From contig OZ024743.1 of the NCBI GenBank assembly GCA_964016885.1, positions 155,062,001 to 155,126,000 on the forward strand: a stretch of DNA of 64,000 nucleotides, read 5' to 3'. The position numbers were made by a program, and so were the translations under genes. This DNA is from Eledone cirrhosa (Eukaryota). A model generated the notes under the pieces. That model ran no database searches. It was not told the DNA's origin and saw nothing but the letters and a program-made list of their open reading frames with translations. Shown here one piece after another: positions 30,401 to 42,858 of this stretch (positions within the stretch are counted from its first letter, which is position 1; each line of letters opens with the position of its first letter).

Positions 30401-31760
30401 GGGGTTGGGGGAACCATCCCTCCGACCATTGGTGGCTTTCTCCACGAGAATATCCGTGAATTTTCTTTTGGTGATGTTTTCTCGGTAGTCTCCGATTGAT
30501 GTGGGGTGGTCGCGTGCCTGTTTTGGTAATTTTGTGGCAGAATGCCTTAAAGTGCGTCTTGTCACCGTATCCATAACAACTTGGGCGCCTACCTTCGACA
30601 GTCACGTGTAGATGGCCTCAATACTCTCATGGTTTGCGTGGATGATTAGCTCCATCCCGACCCTGTCCAATGTTCCTGTCTTATTCGTATGACGTTGAGT
30701 ATGGTTGTTGAATCTTCAACGTCAGCGAGGACGGCTGTCGTCAGCCACGCCATCTCCAATGAGGGGGGAACCTGGATTACTCGAACCCTCACGACTCTCT
30801 GGCCGCAATATGTGGGCATCATTGTGATTTTGTCGCGGCGGTGTGGTGCAATTGAGTGTGCTCTGGCTTCCTCTGGTGTAGCGAAGAGCACACCACAGTG
30901 CCATATCTCGATCCCCGGGCTATATATGTTGTCTGTGCCCAGACGGCACCCATAGCTCTTTGGGTCTGAGACTCCGTTGCCCGTTCAACTCGCCTGGATT
31001 TTGAACCGATCGTGCGATAACTGACCGAACACAAACTTTGTTTCTTATTATATCAGCTGGGCGGGTGAGACTTACTCTGTGTCCGTATTTGTTTACCAAG
31101 ACCTCTGTTTGTTTTATCTCTTCATTAGTAATGTTTATTTGCTGAAACTTGTTGGTCGCTTTCGTCTCGAAAGATGTGTTTGTTTAGTTTTGTCTTTGTT
31201 GCCGTCGCTGGTGTTTTTGTTTGTTTCTTTTTCCTCTGTGTTGCTGCTGTTATATTTGTTGTTCTTTGGTTTCTTTGTGATTGTTGATGTTGTTATTGTT
31301 GTTATTGGGGTGGTAGTGGTGTTTGATTTCTGTAACGCAGGACATTTTTCGTTATAATTTTCACTACTACTACTGCAGTTCCAGTGACAGCTGCTGCTGA
31401 TATCATTATCACTGTCGCTGTCGCTGCTGCTGCTGTTTCTCTTGTTTTTTTTTTACTTTGCATTGTGATTGGGTGGAATTCGCTGTTCCACCCTCTTAAA
31501 AACTCGCTGTTCCTCCCTGTGGATAATTTTCTTTGTCCGCCATGTTTTTGTTTTTTTTAATTTTGGGGTTATGATTGTAAATAAAAGCAAATTTAGCCCT
31601 CAAGGGCGCGAGATACAGTTAAAAAACCACCTCCTTTGACAGAGGGGTTCTTTACCTATACACCGATGTAAAAATATATTATTAGAACTTTCGATAACTC
31701 ATAAAAAATTCAACCAACTTACTCCGCCGTAGTTACCGCCGTTTTGTAAAGATAACCAAT
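27500..31760 (-). mobile_element. Decayed L1/Tx1-clade LINE (ORF1 remnants ~30380-31540; APE endonuclease + RT ~27500-30345)
   Basis: LRIGSINVGGL, AVYAP, VGDWNGTL, GKSPGLDSRPYELY, NFRLITLLNTEFK, FDRVDHRYL, SAYASDV, WAERKLSLKGRAEVAN, PLHGGLDMP; 5' boundary approximate. Confidence 0.92.
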
Positions 31761-31785
31761 AATAATAATAATAATAATAATAATA

Positions 31786-34541
31786 AACGGAAACAAAGAA
31801 TCAGTATTGCATCATATACATGTTTAATTACATATTACATATATTTCACTGCCGATCAGCTCGAGGAACGATCGAATAATGTTCGATCCTCAATTTTCAA
31901 TCATGAGCTCCTCAGATCTGTATTCTCACATGTAGATGTACGTCCAAATGTTGTTGAATTATTAAACTGCCGATTCGTTATTTTAGGCTGCCACAGATAT
32001 TGTTAGAAGAAATGTGTTATCATTGCTTTTATCAAGCTAAATTGTGTTTCGTCAGATCATTGTGGGTAGGCGACCTAGAGTTCAGAAATGTTTCACCGGT
32101 TGGTCAGGATGGTAAATTAAGCTGGTCTAGTACAGATGCCGTTCATGTGCGACGGCCTGTCTATAGAAAGTCTGTGTTTATACGGTACTAATCCTTAGAA
32201 TATTAGGAGAATGTACAGTAATAAAGAAATACAGAAATGAATTTCAATCAGTGGGAGGTCAATATGATAGATGGCATTACAAAAATAAAGAATAAACAAA
32301 TAAAGAGATAATGAAATAAATTATAAGCATAGAAAAAATACGAGAGTGAGATAAAAAATATATATAAAATTAAAACAATGCAAACAATAAATAACTAAAA
32401 TATATATATATATTTTTTTTTTACAAACATAGAAGAATAAGTAGGAACAAGAAGAAATGAAAAGATAAGGGGAAAAGAAAACAAGAAAAGGAAAATGTAA
32501 AAGAAAGAATGAAAGTCTAGACAGACTATGTGATAAACTCCAGCAAACTACCATTATTATCATGCGTAGAGAAATCAAATAAATTAGTAATGTTAAAAAA
32601 ATTACGAAAACAAGAATGAACGATCAAGTTGGATATATATATATATATATATAGGTTGCGTGTGTGTGTACGTGTGTGCGCGTGTACGTGCGTGTGCGTT
32701 GGGTATTTATTGTGTCTATCTATGTGTGTGCGCGTATGGGTATGTCTTTGTCCGTACGTGTGTTCTTATATGTGATAAGTCATATTTGAACACTTCCCCT
32801 AATCATCGGGCCAAGCGCTCAACAAATCATTGGCCTACCCCAGTGTACGGGTAGCCTGCACTCCTGTTGCTCGTGCGGACGTAAACCTTCTCCTTACTCC
32901 ATGGTGTGAATGTTAAACGCCGAAAGGGTGCATTTATGGCGGTGTCCGCATGTCACGATAATCTCAAACTTGAGTTTACCCCAGTATTGTTTTAATTTTA
33001 CAGTTTCCATGGCGTCCAGCACAGGGTTTGCAATGACTACCACCCATATGAGGTCACGTATTGGACTATACTCCAGCGGAGTTTGAAGCTTGGTGTTGTC
33101 GTTTAGCTTCCAGATTATATCCGCTAATCTTGTGGACTACCGTTTGGTCCTGTCTTTGAAAGAGTCTGTGTGATTGTACAACCTCGATTAAATGTTGGTG
33201 GATGTTGCGCATTTATAACTGTGTACCGTGTTCTACATTTTAAGCACACATTTGCACGCAATGTTCTTGACCAAGTACTTTTCCTGGAGAGGACAATGCG
33301 CTCTACTACGGCAGTTACATGACTGGATGTCAAAATGTCTATTCTGATGTTGTAGCCCGGAAGGCCAGGTGTTACGCAATTCCTAGAACGACCTGGTAAT
33401 ACGTTGAGTTCTCGGTCGATGTTGTGGTCAGGTGAGTTTCAATGTCAGGACACCCGTCGAATTTGGGCCCACTTGTTGATACAGCATATTTGGTGATTAG
33501 GTCAGTATTGTTCCCCTCATCCTCCCTCCACAGTGATACGGTCTGCTGTTGATGACACTCGTGTGGGTGCGATGGCAAATGAGAATTTCAGTGTGCCGGT
33601 TGAAACGCTTATGGATCTATGATTAGGTGGGAAACACTCATCCACTGTTTTAAAGAAAATCCCGGGTATGTTGGTCCGTAAGCGCTTAGAATAGGGCGCA
33701 TTGAAGCACATTAATTTTCTCGATCTGTTCCTAGCGTGTCTCCTGTGAGTTGTTGGTATGTCCATTGTGTCCTGCTGTATGTTGCTACCGTAATCGTCAC
33801 TATTATATTCTCTTTTATGTCGGGTTAGGTCTATTGGTTCGGTGCTAAGCTGTTGTTATTTATGTCCTTGCTAGAACGCGCAGTATTTAAGTCATTATAG
33901 TTTGTTCCATTCCTCTTTCTCCACACTTCTCCGGTTGCAGATATTCAATTTTGCTGTTTCTATGCCGTCTAATAATCGTACCATATCGTGTTTTCCTTAT
34001 GGATGGACACAGCAAGATCCATATTTCTAATGCTCCCATTTGACAGTAAATATTTAGTGTATTCTTTGTTCCCCATGTTAAGTGCTCTATCCTTCACCAG
34101 TCTCTCTTTATATTCGCCTGTCATATTATTATTCCTATTGTTTCTAACATTATGGGTTTTCGTTGGTTATTCATCCTAGGCTATGTATCTGTCACTGCCT
34201 GCAATGGCTCTACTCGATTTCTGACGTTCAACGGAGCCGGACTGTCGGCGTCAGGGATGTATTTAATATGTTCGGGTTTTGACCCAATACACTTCTGCAT
34301 GATAAAAGCGACGATAACACATGTCTTCTAAGGAACTTAGAAGACTGAAATAACGATTCAGGTGTTTAACAATTCAACATTTGGACGTGCGTCTACATGT
34401 GAGAACACATATCTGAGAAGTTCTGATTCTTAGTGAGAATCAAACATTATTCGATCCATCCTTCAGCTAATAGGGAGTGAAAGATATGTAATATGTAATT
34501 AAATATGTATATGATACAATACTGATTTTTTGTTCCCATTA
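31786..34541 (-). mobile_element. Old PLE with degenerate GIY-YIG (~32930-33765) and diverged inverted termini carrying HHRs (31829-31922 -, 34407-34496 +)
   Basis: RNRSRKLMCFNAPYS, FFKTVDECFPPNH; 31786-31985 is inverted at 34347-34541; CTGAGGA..GAAA-tatatg-TA. Confidence 0.75.
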
Positions 34542-34569
34542 TATATATAGAGAGAGATATATATGAATT

Positions 34570-35735
34570 GAAAAAATGAAACGAAATTTCATTTCTCATT
34601 CTTAGTACGGCTGTTACTTAAATATAAGTATGTATATGTACATACATATATGTATACAGACGTACAGTAGTATGTATATATATACATACATGCACACATA
34701 TATATATGTACGTATGGATTCACCAAACATTTATTATAATGCTCGTTCTTTTTGTAAACAAACGTCCCGAATTAAGCCGTAGAGTGTTTAGCAAACATCG
34801 TTGCCCTTTTGTTCAACACTGACAAAGGAACGCTGTACTAGTTTCAAGCTTATTAGCTATAGTCAGCACCGTATACCTTCCTGCCAGATGATTCAACGTG
34901 TGAAAGTATATACTTTCCTGATGCATATTAACGGCCGAGCAGCCTAATTTGCATATCGAGTGAGTTAATCGGCCGGGCGCACCGAAAATGATAAATGGAA
35001 AAAATGAAACGAAATTTCCTTTTACACTCTTAGTACGGCTGTTACTTAAATATAAGTATGTATACGCACATACATATATGTATACAGACGTACAGTAGTA
35101 TGTATATATATACATGCATGCACACATATATATATAAGTACGTATGGATTCACCAAACATTTATTATAATACTCTGTTTGTTCGTAAACAAACATCCCGA
35201 ATTAAGCCGTACAGTGTTTAGCAACCATCGTTGCCCCTTTGTTCAACACTGACACAGGAACGATGTACTAGTTTCAAGCTTATAAGCTATCATCAGCAAC
35301 GTATAACTTCCCTGCCAGATGATTGAACGTCTGAAAGTATATACTTTCCTTATGCATATTAACGTCTGAGCAGCCTAATTTGCATATCGAGTGAGTTAAT
35401 CGGCCGGGTGCACCGAAAACGATAAATGGAAAAATGAAACGAAATTTCATTTTTCATTCTTAGTACGGCTGTTATTTAATATAAGTATGTATGCGCACAT
35501 ACATATATGTATATAGACGTACAGAAGTATGTACATATATACATGCACACATATATATATGTACGTATGGATTCACCGAACATTTATTATAATGCTCGGT
35601 CTTTTTGTAAACAAACATCCCGAATTAAGCCGTACAGTGTTTAGCAACCATCGTTGCACTTTTGTTCAACACTGACAAAGAGACGATGTACTAGTTTCAA
35701 GTATGCCTACTACTATACGTCTGTATACATATATG
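34570..35735 (-). mobile_element. ~429-bp tandem repeat (2.6 units) with one HHR per unit; putative non-LTR retrozyme
   Basis: Period 428/430 (tgaaacgaaattt at 34577, 35005, 35435); HHR 35261-35301 cgttg-CTGATGA-tagcttataagctt-GAAA-ctag-TA-catcg; degenerate copy at 34831-34871. Confidence 0.8.
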
Positions 35736-35738
35736 TTC

Positions 35739-35807
35739 TCCTTAATTGTAAGTTGTGATGTTGCTGTTCATGAATGGAAGAGCAACATCACAACTTACAA
35801 TTAAGGA
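35739..35807. repeat. Perfect 27-bp inverted repeat hairpin
   Basis: tccttaattgtaagttgtgatgttgct / agcaacatcacaacttacaattaagga. Confidence 0.9.
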
Positions 35808-36003
35808 CAGAATGAAAACTCACACGCACATAGAACAAACAACCAACCAGTAACATGTAAATAAACAAATAAATAAACAAATATAAACACACACAGACAC
35901 CCGGATGTAACACATGCGGAAACTAAGCACACAACACACACACAAACAAGATGGCGTAGGACAGAACAAAGAAGAGGCACAAAAACAAAGAAAAGTATCC
36001 CCA

Positions 36004-36200
36004 GTCACTGAAGAGGTCACATAATGTGGGACGAAATAACTTTAACAATATATCAGCAATCATCTGGTTGTGGAACCAACGAACCAACCGGAAATTTATA
36101 AATTCCAAAATTTATTAATTTATTATAATAAATTGAAGTGAAAGCATGGTGCGTGTGTTTCTTATTGGCAACATGACCCTCCCAAAGTATAACAATATCG
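36004..36200 (+). mobile_element. PLE-like terminus with degenerate HHR; end shared with 14265-14345
   Basis: gtca-CTGAAGA-ggtcacataatgtgggac-GAAA; gtgtttcttattggcaacatgaccctcccaaagtataac present in both copies. Confidence 0.5.
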
Positions 36201-38609
36201 ATTTCAACACACTTTTTCAGATAAAGAATCTTGCTAAACAAATTAATCCAGTTAGAGGTTGTGAGCACTTGTATTTGCCAACACTCATATTAGTACATTT
36301 TTGTTTGATTTTATTTGCTTTCATATAATTCTGAGGGCGGATATCTGCTACCGAGGATGAGGAAGAATTGTATATGTTTTCACTCCTTTCAATTAAATGA
36401 AATTTATGCAGTTACTCTCAAAATACACGCTATACTTACATTGATCCGTTCTGTATACAACTAACATTATTCGACAGACATTTACCGATTTATATTGCTA
36501 GGACAGAGACATTACAAGGCGCATAATGCTAAATACTGTCCTGGAGGATAGCTCTTATAATAACCCACAATCTGCGAAAATATCACTTAGTAGCACAGCT
36601 CAAACTGAAAATACTCGCATAGAGCACAAACAATATACAAAAAAACATGTAATAAAATGAAATGAAATAAATCTATAGAACTTATTCACAAGTCTCTCTA
36701 CAAGATTAATGCCCAATATAACATAAAATCTCACATTACTGACCCAGTACAACAAAGCAAACAATAAAACAATACATGCATAAACAATCTAAATCCAGTA
36801 ACAAAACCATATGCTTACTGTGCATATACATTGCCAACACAACATATATAACCACTAGGCTCCACACTTTGGATCATGTAAATGCACTTTGTGAAGCGGT
36901 AAAAAAGACATGGAACTAAAAGGAATAAAATAATTTACGTGTATTTTGTGAGAAGAGGAAAAACAGTATATCTATTTCAGAACTTTAGTGGTACATTATT
37001 TATCGAACTATATATTGAACAATACATATTGATTACATAAATTTCTAATAACCACTAAATGCAAACTAATAAATAATGAATACCAACTTTATCGGTTAGA
37101 AAATTATAAATGCATGAATATCTGAACTGAAAATATGGTAACATTTAAAAACATTAAATAGTTCTAATCCATAGAAATTATTCTAGTCTATCGACAAATT
37201 TTCCCAGATATATCGAGAAATAACATATAAATCTCGTCAGCGTATAATCAGCTAAATTATCTGTGGACATCAGCTGGATAAATAAGATAATCTTCGCAAC
37301 AACTAGAATAGCTAAAGCCTTGTTCAAGTCAAACGATGTTCAAGTTTAATGAAACTATTCAAGATTAGTAAGGATTCTGTATGAATTTCCAGATAGTATT
37401 TACAAAAATTATACTTGAAAGCCTATACACTGAATACAGCAAGTGTGTAGAATAAACATAGAGAAACGTATCAAATAAAGGATGAAGGGTGATACAGAAA
37501 GCAAATCAAGATATAATGAGAAATACTATAACTAGGCTAAAAAAGGGGGGAAAAGAAGTAAGCGAAATCAAAGAAAATCTAAAACAATAATTCATGCTAA
37601 ATCCCATGTTTCCGTTCATATGAACATCAATAACACTTCTTTGAACAGAGCAAAGAGTTTGATTAAAAAAGAAAGAAAATGAATTTAGCAGGAATTAGTT
37701 TCAAATAAAATATGGATTAATGGAAAGCCGATACCAAGAAAAAAGATGTATAAGGGCAAGTGGTAGTATGCAGAGGGAATGTGATGCTATTTAAAACGAC
37801 AGATATGGCAAATGGAAAACTGCAGGACATTTTAGAAAGAGCTCAGACATTTCAGAAACTGAACCACTACAAAATGATTACAAATATATGCAATAATTTA
37901 TTTAATGTGGCAAATGAAATGTGTGGTTTATTAAGAGAGGGTTGGTAAGACTAAGATGAAAAATCTAAATATTTCAGGTATATAACCTTATGACATACGC
38001 ATAGAAATGCCTAACTAAAATAATATCACATACGATAAATGCTCGACAACTCAATTCCTAAATAACAGTCGTATTTGATGCGTAGCCTGTATGATCTGTT
38101 ACTAAATATACAAAGCTACGTCTGACGCTCTACTCGGTCGAAATAAAAACAAACGTTTTGTCATTACGTAGTGGCATGTCACAGTTGTCTCTGCGGGTAA
38201 TGGAAACGCTTGTAATGATTAAGGTAGCACCACTAATTAAGACATATGAATTAATCATGAATGAATATTAAGCCATCAAGCATGTAAATTATAAACACAT
38301 AGCCGATATATCAGAACGGGAAATTATAAATACGAATAATATCAATATTATAATTGTTTTATTCAAAGCGGATAGTGTTATTTATCTGACACTAACACAT
38401 TTTCTCAACATTGGAAACCAAACTATACTTAGATGCAAATGCTAGGTGCATTCAACCCAAAATAGGTATTGCATGCGTGAAGCGATTATAGAGATTGTGA
38501 CATTGAAACACCATACACATTTCAGAATTATGCGAAACTAGATAACGTGTAAAAATGGAAAATAAATGAAAGAAAAATGTTAGAAAATAATATCTCTGCT
38601 GCTTTATAA

Positions 38610-38798
38610 TAATTGTTTTTACTGTTTTGGGCACAAGGCAGCAAATACCCAGCATTACTGGTGCTTTATTTTATCGACCCCGTAAGGATGAAAGGCAAAG
38701 TTAACTTCGGCGGCATTTGAACTCAGAATGACAAGGACCGTAACTCTATGCGTTAAAGCATCGCGCCCGACCCTCTACCGATACTGCCAATCCACCTA
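38610..38798 (-). mobile_element. tRNA-derived SINE (further fragments at 39145-39280)
   Basis: Reverse complement of the SINE consensus. Confidence 0.85.
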
Positions 38799-41700
38799 TA
38801 ATAATATATGCCATTTAGTTGAATGAAAACTATAAAGTAAAATTCTGTATTTTGGCTGTCCTACAGAAAAGGTTGTAGATAAAATATTCTTATCAAGAAG
38901 CAAGGTCAATTCGTAAGACTAGGTTGGAGACGAAGAAAATTAATGATTGCATTAACCATATACAAATATGCTGGTGATGCAGAAAATGTATATTTACAAA
39001 TACTACATAATTGCCAATATTATTGTTATGAACTATTTACCGTACTGATGAAAATTATATATGTTTATGAATACAAATATCTATGCACATGACTGAAGAA
39101 ATCAAACCATCGTGTAATTTCCTCGATGTTGAGGAATATTAAATAATTGTTTCTTCATTTGGCACAAGGCCAGCAATTATCCCAGTGTATTACTGGTGCT
39201 TTAAATAATTGTTTCTTAGGCACAAGACCAGCAAATACCCAGTACATTACTGGTACTTTATTTTATCGACCCCGAAAGGTGCTTTAAATAATGCAATGAT
39301 AACAGAGACCTGTGAAAAGCATGAAGAAACAACAAATGCAACTTTGAAAGTAAAAAAATGCCTTAAAATAGAATTATGAGATATACCGTGAAGGCATGAC
39401 ATATTACGGCATGTTATGTTAAGACATTGGGAAAATTACGGAGTCTATAGTGTCTATAGAGGAAGGAAATGGACGATGTATAATTCTAAGAAAACATGTA
39501 TCAATGGTTAGGCAGTACAAAACATAAATCTGTGACGTAAATTGTGTAGTGCAATACCAAACCTTCCCTACAAGTAATTATAAAGCATAACAGCACACAT
39601 ACAAAAGAACACCGCAAACTATCATGAAATATGATTTTTCACGCATACTATATAAACAATTTAGATTGTGGTCCCAAATATAGGATATGAAAATGTCCGC
39701 ATTGTCAGTAAAAGTGAGCCATTTCCCGATGATATGAGAAATAAATTATGGTATTTTAAAAATATGTCACTTAAATAAAAAATAAATAACGTTTAACCGG
39801 GCTTACTTTGAACGTTACTTAAAAAAAAATAAAAATAAAAACTAGTTATGCCATCATAGTTTCTTAAATTTTATTATTTTTGAAAAGATGTGTTGATAAA
39901 TCGAAACTTTCATTATTATTTTGAACTTTCTTTTAAAGAATTCTCTTTAGATAACTTTAAACTCCTCAAAAATACGTCAATTATGTAGGTGGCCGAGAGA
40001 CGCAGAAATATTGACTCTATCAACTTTCAGTCTCATCAAAGGAAATAAATGCCTGTTTTGTATATATTTTTACATTTGATATATTCTTAATATGTTTTCA
40101 ATTGGTTTTGTAAATCACATTTCATTTGAATGTACGGTTGAGCTACAAAATCTGTGTAATTCAGACATTTTGTCAACTTTAAATGTTTAAAAATGTACCG
40201 CATTTTCAGTATTTAGTTATTGTATATTGTCTATTCTTTTTTAATGTTACGTTTATTTATGATATCCTGTCATCTTTAAATATGGCTAGTATTTGTAGCA
40301 TGAGTAAAGATGACTTCGATGTCCACTTTTTGAGCTTATAAAATATCTAGAAAAAAAACAATCAAAGGGATAATATAGCTGCGATTCCTGACACGTTTAA
40401 AAGCCACGTCTATAATTACTTTCTTTAACATTCACCCCTAATTTTTCTATTCCTAGCTAGTGTAAATACCATTTCGATGGACGCTTTTGTCATTCACCCT
40501 TAACTTGGTTGCTATTTACAACCAAACAAATCCACTTATTTGCTGGGACACAGAAGTAGACGCCATATATGTAGAAACTGGTGTAATTTATAGTTATGCT
40601 TTGTATTCAAGTTAGCCCTGACGTGGGGCTACTTTGAATAAATACAGTTGATAAATATATAACGAATTAAGTCTTTTTAACAATCTTTTGACAAACGTTT
40701 CGTACGATAGGGCTTAATTGAATTATCTCTATATTAGTAACATACTTCAACAATGCAACAATGACGAAATCATTCAAAGTAACCGTAGTTTACAGTATAA
40801 ATAAAGATATATAAACCCAGGGTGTGTCTATAGGTATTAATTATATGAATAATTGTAACTACCTACTACGCAAAATTCTATTTGGAAAAATATAATACTT
40901 TTTTAAAATTATAGATGTATCTCTTATAACAAATAAGATGGCTTCCCATAACGAAAGGAACACCAAACACATATATAAAATATCTAGAAAAGAAAACAAT
41001 GAACGTGATAATCGAAAACAGTAAAATTAGATAACAGCATATAGCTCTGAATTTAAACAGGAAATATATGTGAATGAAAGATATTAAAATGCGCAATTTC
41101 GTTTATAGCAATAATTTAAATCATTATATTCTAAAGCACTCGTGAATTAGGGACCTAAATTGAGTATTTTAGAAGGAAACAAGAGAAAGGTTTTGTAACT
41201 AATATTACAGTTGCATTAGATTAATATTAAAGGAGTAATGGATAGAAAAAATAAAGGATAATGTTCAATAAAACACTAAATGTCACAGGGATGAATTAAA
41301 TGAAGGCTTTATTTTATTGGCCGCTCATTAAAATATGAATTGTCACATCTAATCAATAAAAGATGACAACGAATAATTGCGTTTAAACCGCACTCTGTTA
41401 CAGGGGTATGAGTCCCATTACAGTATTTAGTGCTCATATGAAGCTATTATTGAATAATTAATGTTGACTTGCAAATGTAGGATATTAATGAAAATATAGA
41501 AATATTTTTTTAAAGATGAAAATAAATTATCCCCAAGTAAGTTAACGATCACAAAACAAAATCTAACATACCGGACAGCTACGAGGATATTGTGAAACCA
41601 GACTATTCTGGCTCTTCCCAATTGATAACCATATAAATGTTGTGTGTATTCTGAGGATCTAGCAGTACATCTGTACGTCATAACTTGATTCGTCTATTGA

Positions 41701-42434
41701 CTTGTTCAATATATTTATCTCGATTTAGTTAGCGTGTTTCATAATCATTAATCTCTAATCACCCCATAATCATTAATCTCTAATCTTCGTCATGTCTGAA
41801 GAACTCTGATTCTTACGAATTACTTATTTCTTTGTGCGTTACCCTATTTTATTCTATCGGTGAGCGTTTGATATCATTCTCCATTCGCTAGAATACAGCA
41901 TAATTTATAAAACGTGGAAGAGTTTCAACTTGTTTTTGTTAGATCCTGTCTTTAAGGACGAAACAATTTCGTCAACAGTCATTCAATATTCAGGTTCTTT
42001 CAAATCTGAAACATTGTATGCTGTTTTTGTATGCCATATGATGTTCACACGCATAAGCACCATATCCTCCCTTTCTCTGATATCAACACTTACACAAATG
42101 GGTTTTGACCAACGGCTTACAGATTAATTGCATTCCCTTTACCCTGTCATTACGTTAAAATTCTCGCATAGTTCAATGGCCTTCTGAGGTCATCGGGTCA
42201 TATACAGAAAGGTCCTACAGGGACACACATTATTTCTTCTCAACTAAGTGATGCGCCGCAATTATGATTTCCAATGTTTATGGATGCGGTACATATATTT
42301 CCTCTCCAGATTCTTCTATAATATACCGCATTTCTCGACCTGAACATGAATCTTGCATTCCCATATATCCATCTATGTTAGATTAAAAGCATAATGTTTT
42401 GCAAGTCATTCAATGTACTATGACATATGTATTC

Positions 42435-42522
42435 AGATGTAGATTTGAAGGAAACTGTTCCTCTAAGGGGTAATGGACATGCTCAATTACCCCTTAGAGG
42501 AACAGTTTCCTTCAAATCTACA

Positions 42523-42525
<3 letters not shown>
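42435..42525. repeat. Perfect 40-bp inverted repeat with 11-nt loop, next to a TA tract
   Basis: agatgtagatttgaaggaaactgttcctctaaggggtaat and its exact reverse complement. Confidence 0.92.
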
Positions 42526-42600
<75 letters not shown>

Positions 42601-42603
<3 letters not shown>

Positions 42604-42790
42604 CGGTGAATTGGCAGTATCGGTAGAGGGTTGAACGCCATGCTTTCTAGCATAGTTACGGCTCTTTACGGTCTGAGTTAAAATCCCGCCGAGGTTAACT
42701 TTGCATTTCATCCTTACGGGGTTGATCAAAGAAAGTACCAGTAATGTACTGGGTTATTGCTGGCCTTATGTCAAAAGTAGAATCATTCAG
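42601..42790 (+). mobile_element. Full-length tRNA-derived SINE
   Basis: gggcggtgaattggcagtatcggtag...gagttaaaatcccgccgagg...(att)n. Confidence 0.88.
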
Positions 42791-42791
42791 T

Positions 42792-42854
<63 letters not shown>

Positions 42855-42858
<4 letters not shown>

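Noticed and set aside
39045-41830. Isolated CTGATGA/CTGAAGA heptamers (~39045, 39093, 41797)
   Set aside because: No matching GAAA, stem III and stem I arrangement
36200-41850. Host exons in the repeat-poor interval
   Set aside because: No convincing ORF or domain; small exons cannot be excluded without RNA data
41850-42380. Possible decayed coding sequence on the minus strand
   Set aside because: Multiple stops and no recognisable motif
42601-42690. tRNA gene
   Set aside because: The A/B-box-like sequence is the head of a multi-copy SINE; no full cloverleaf
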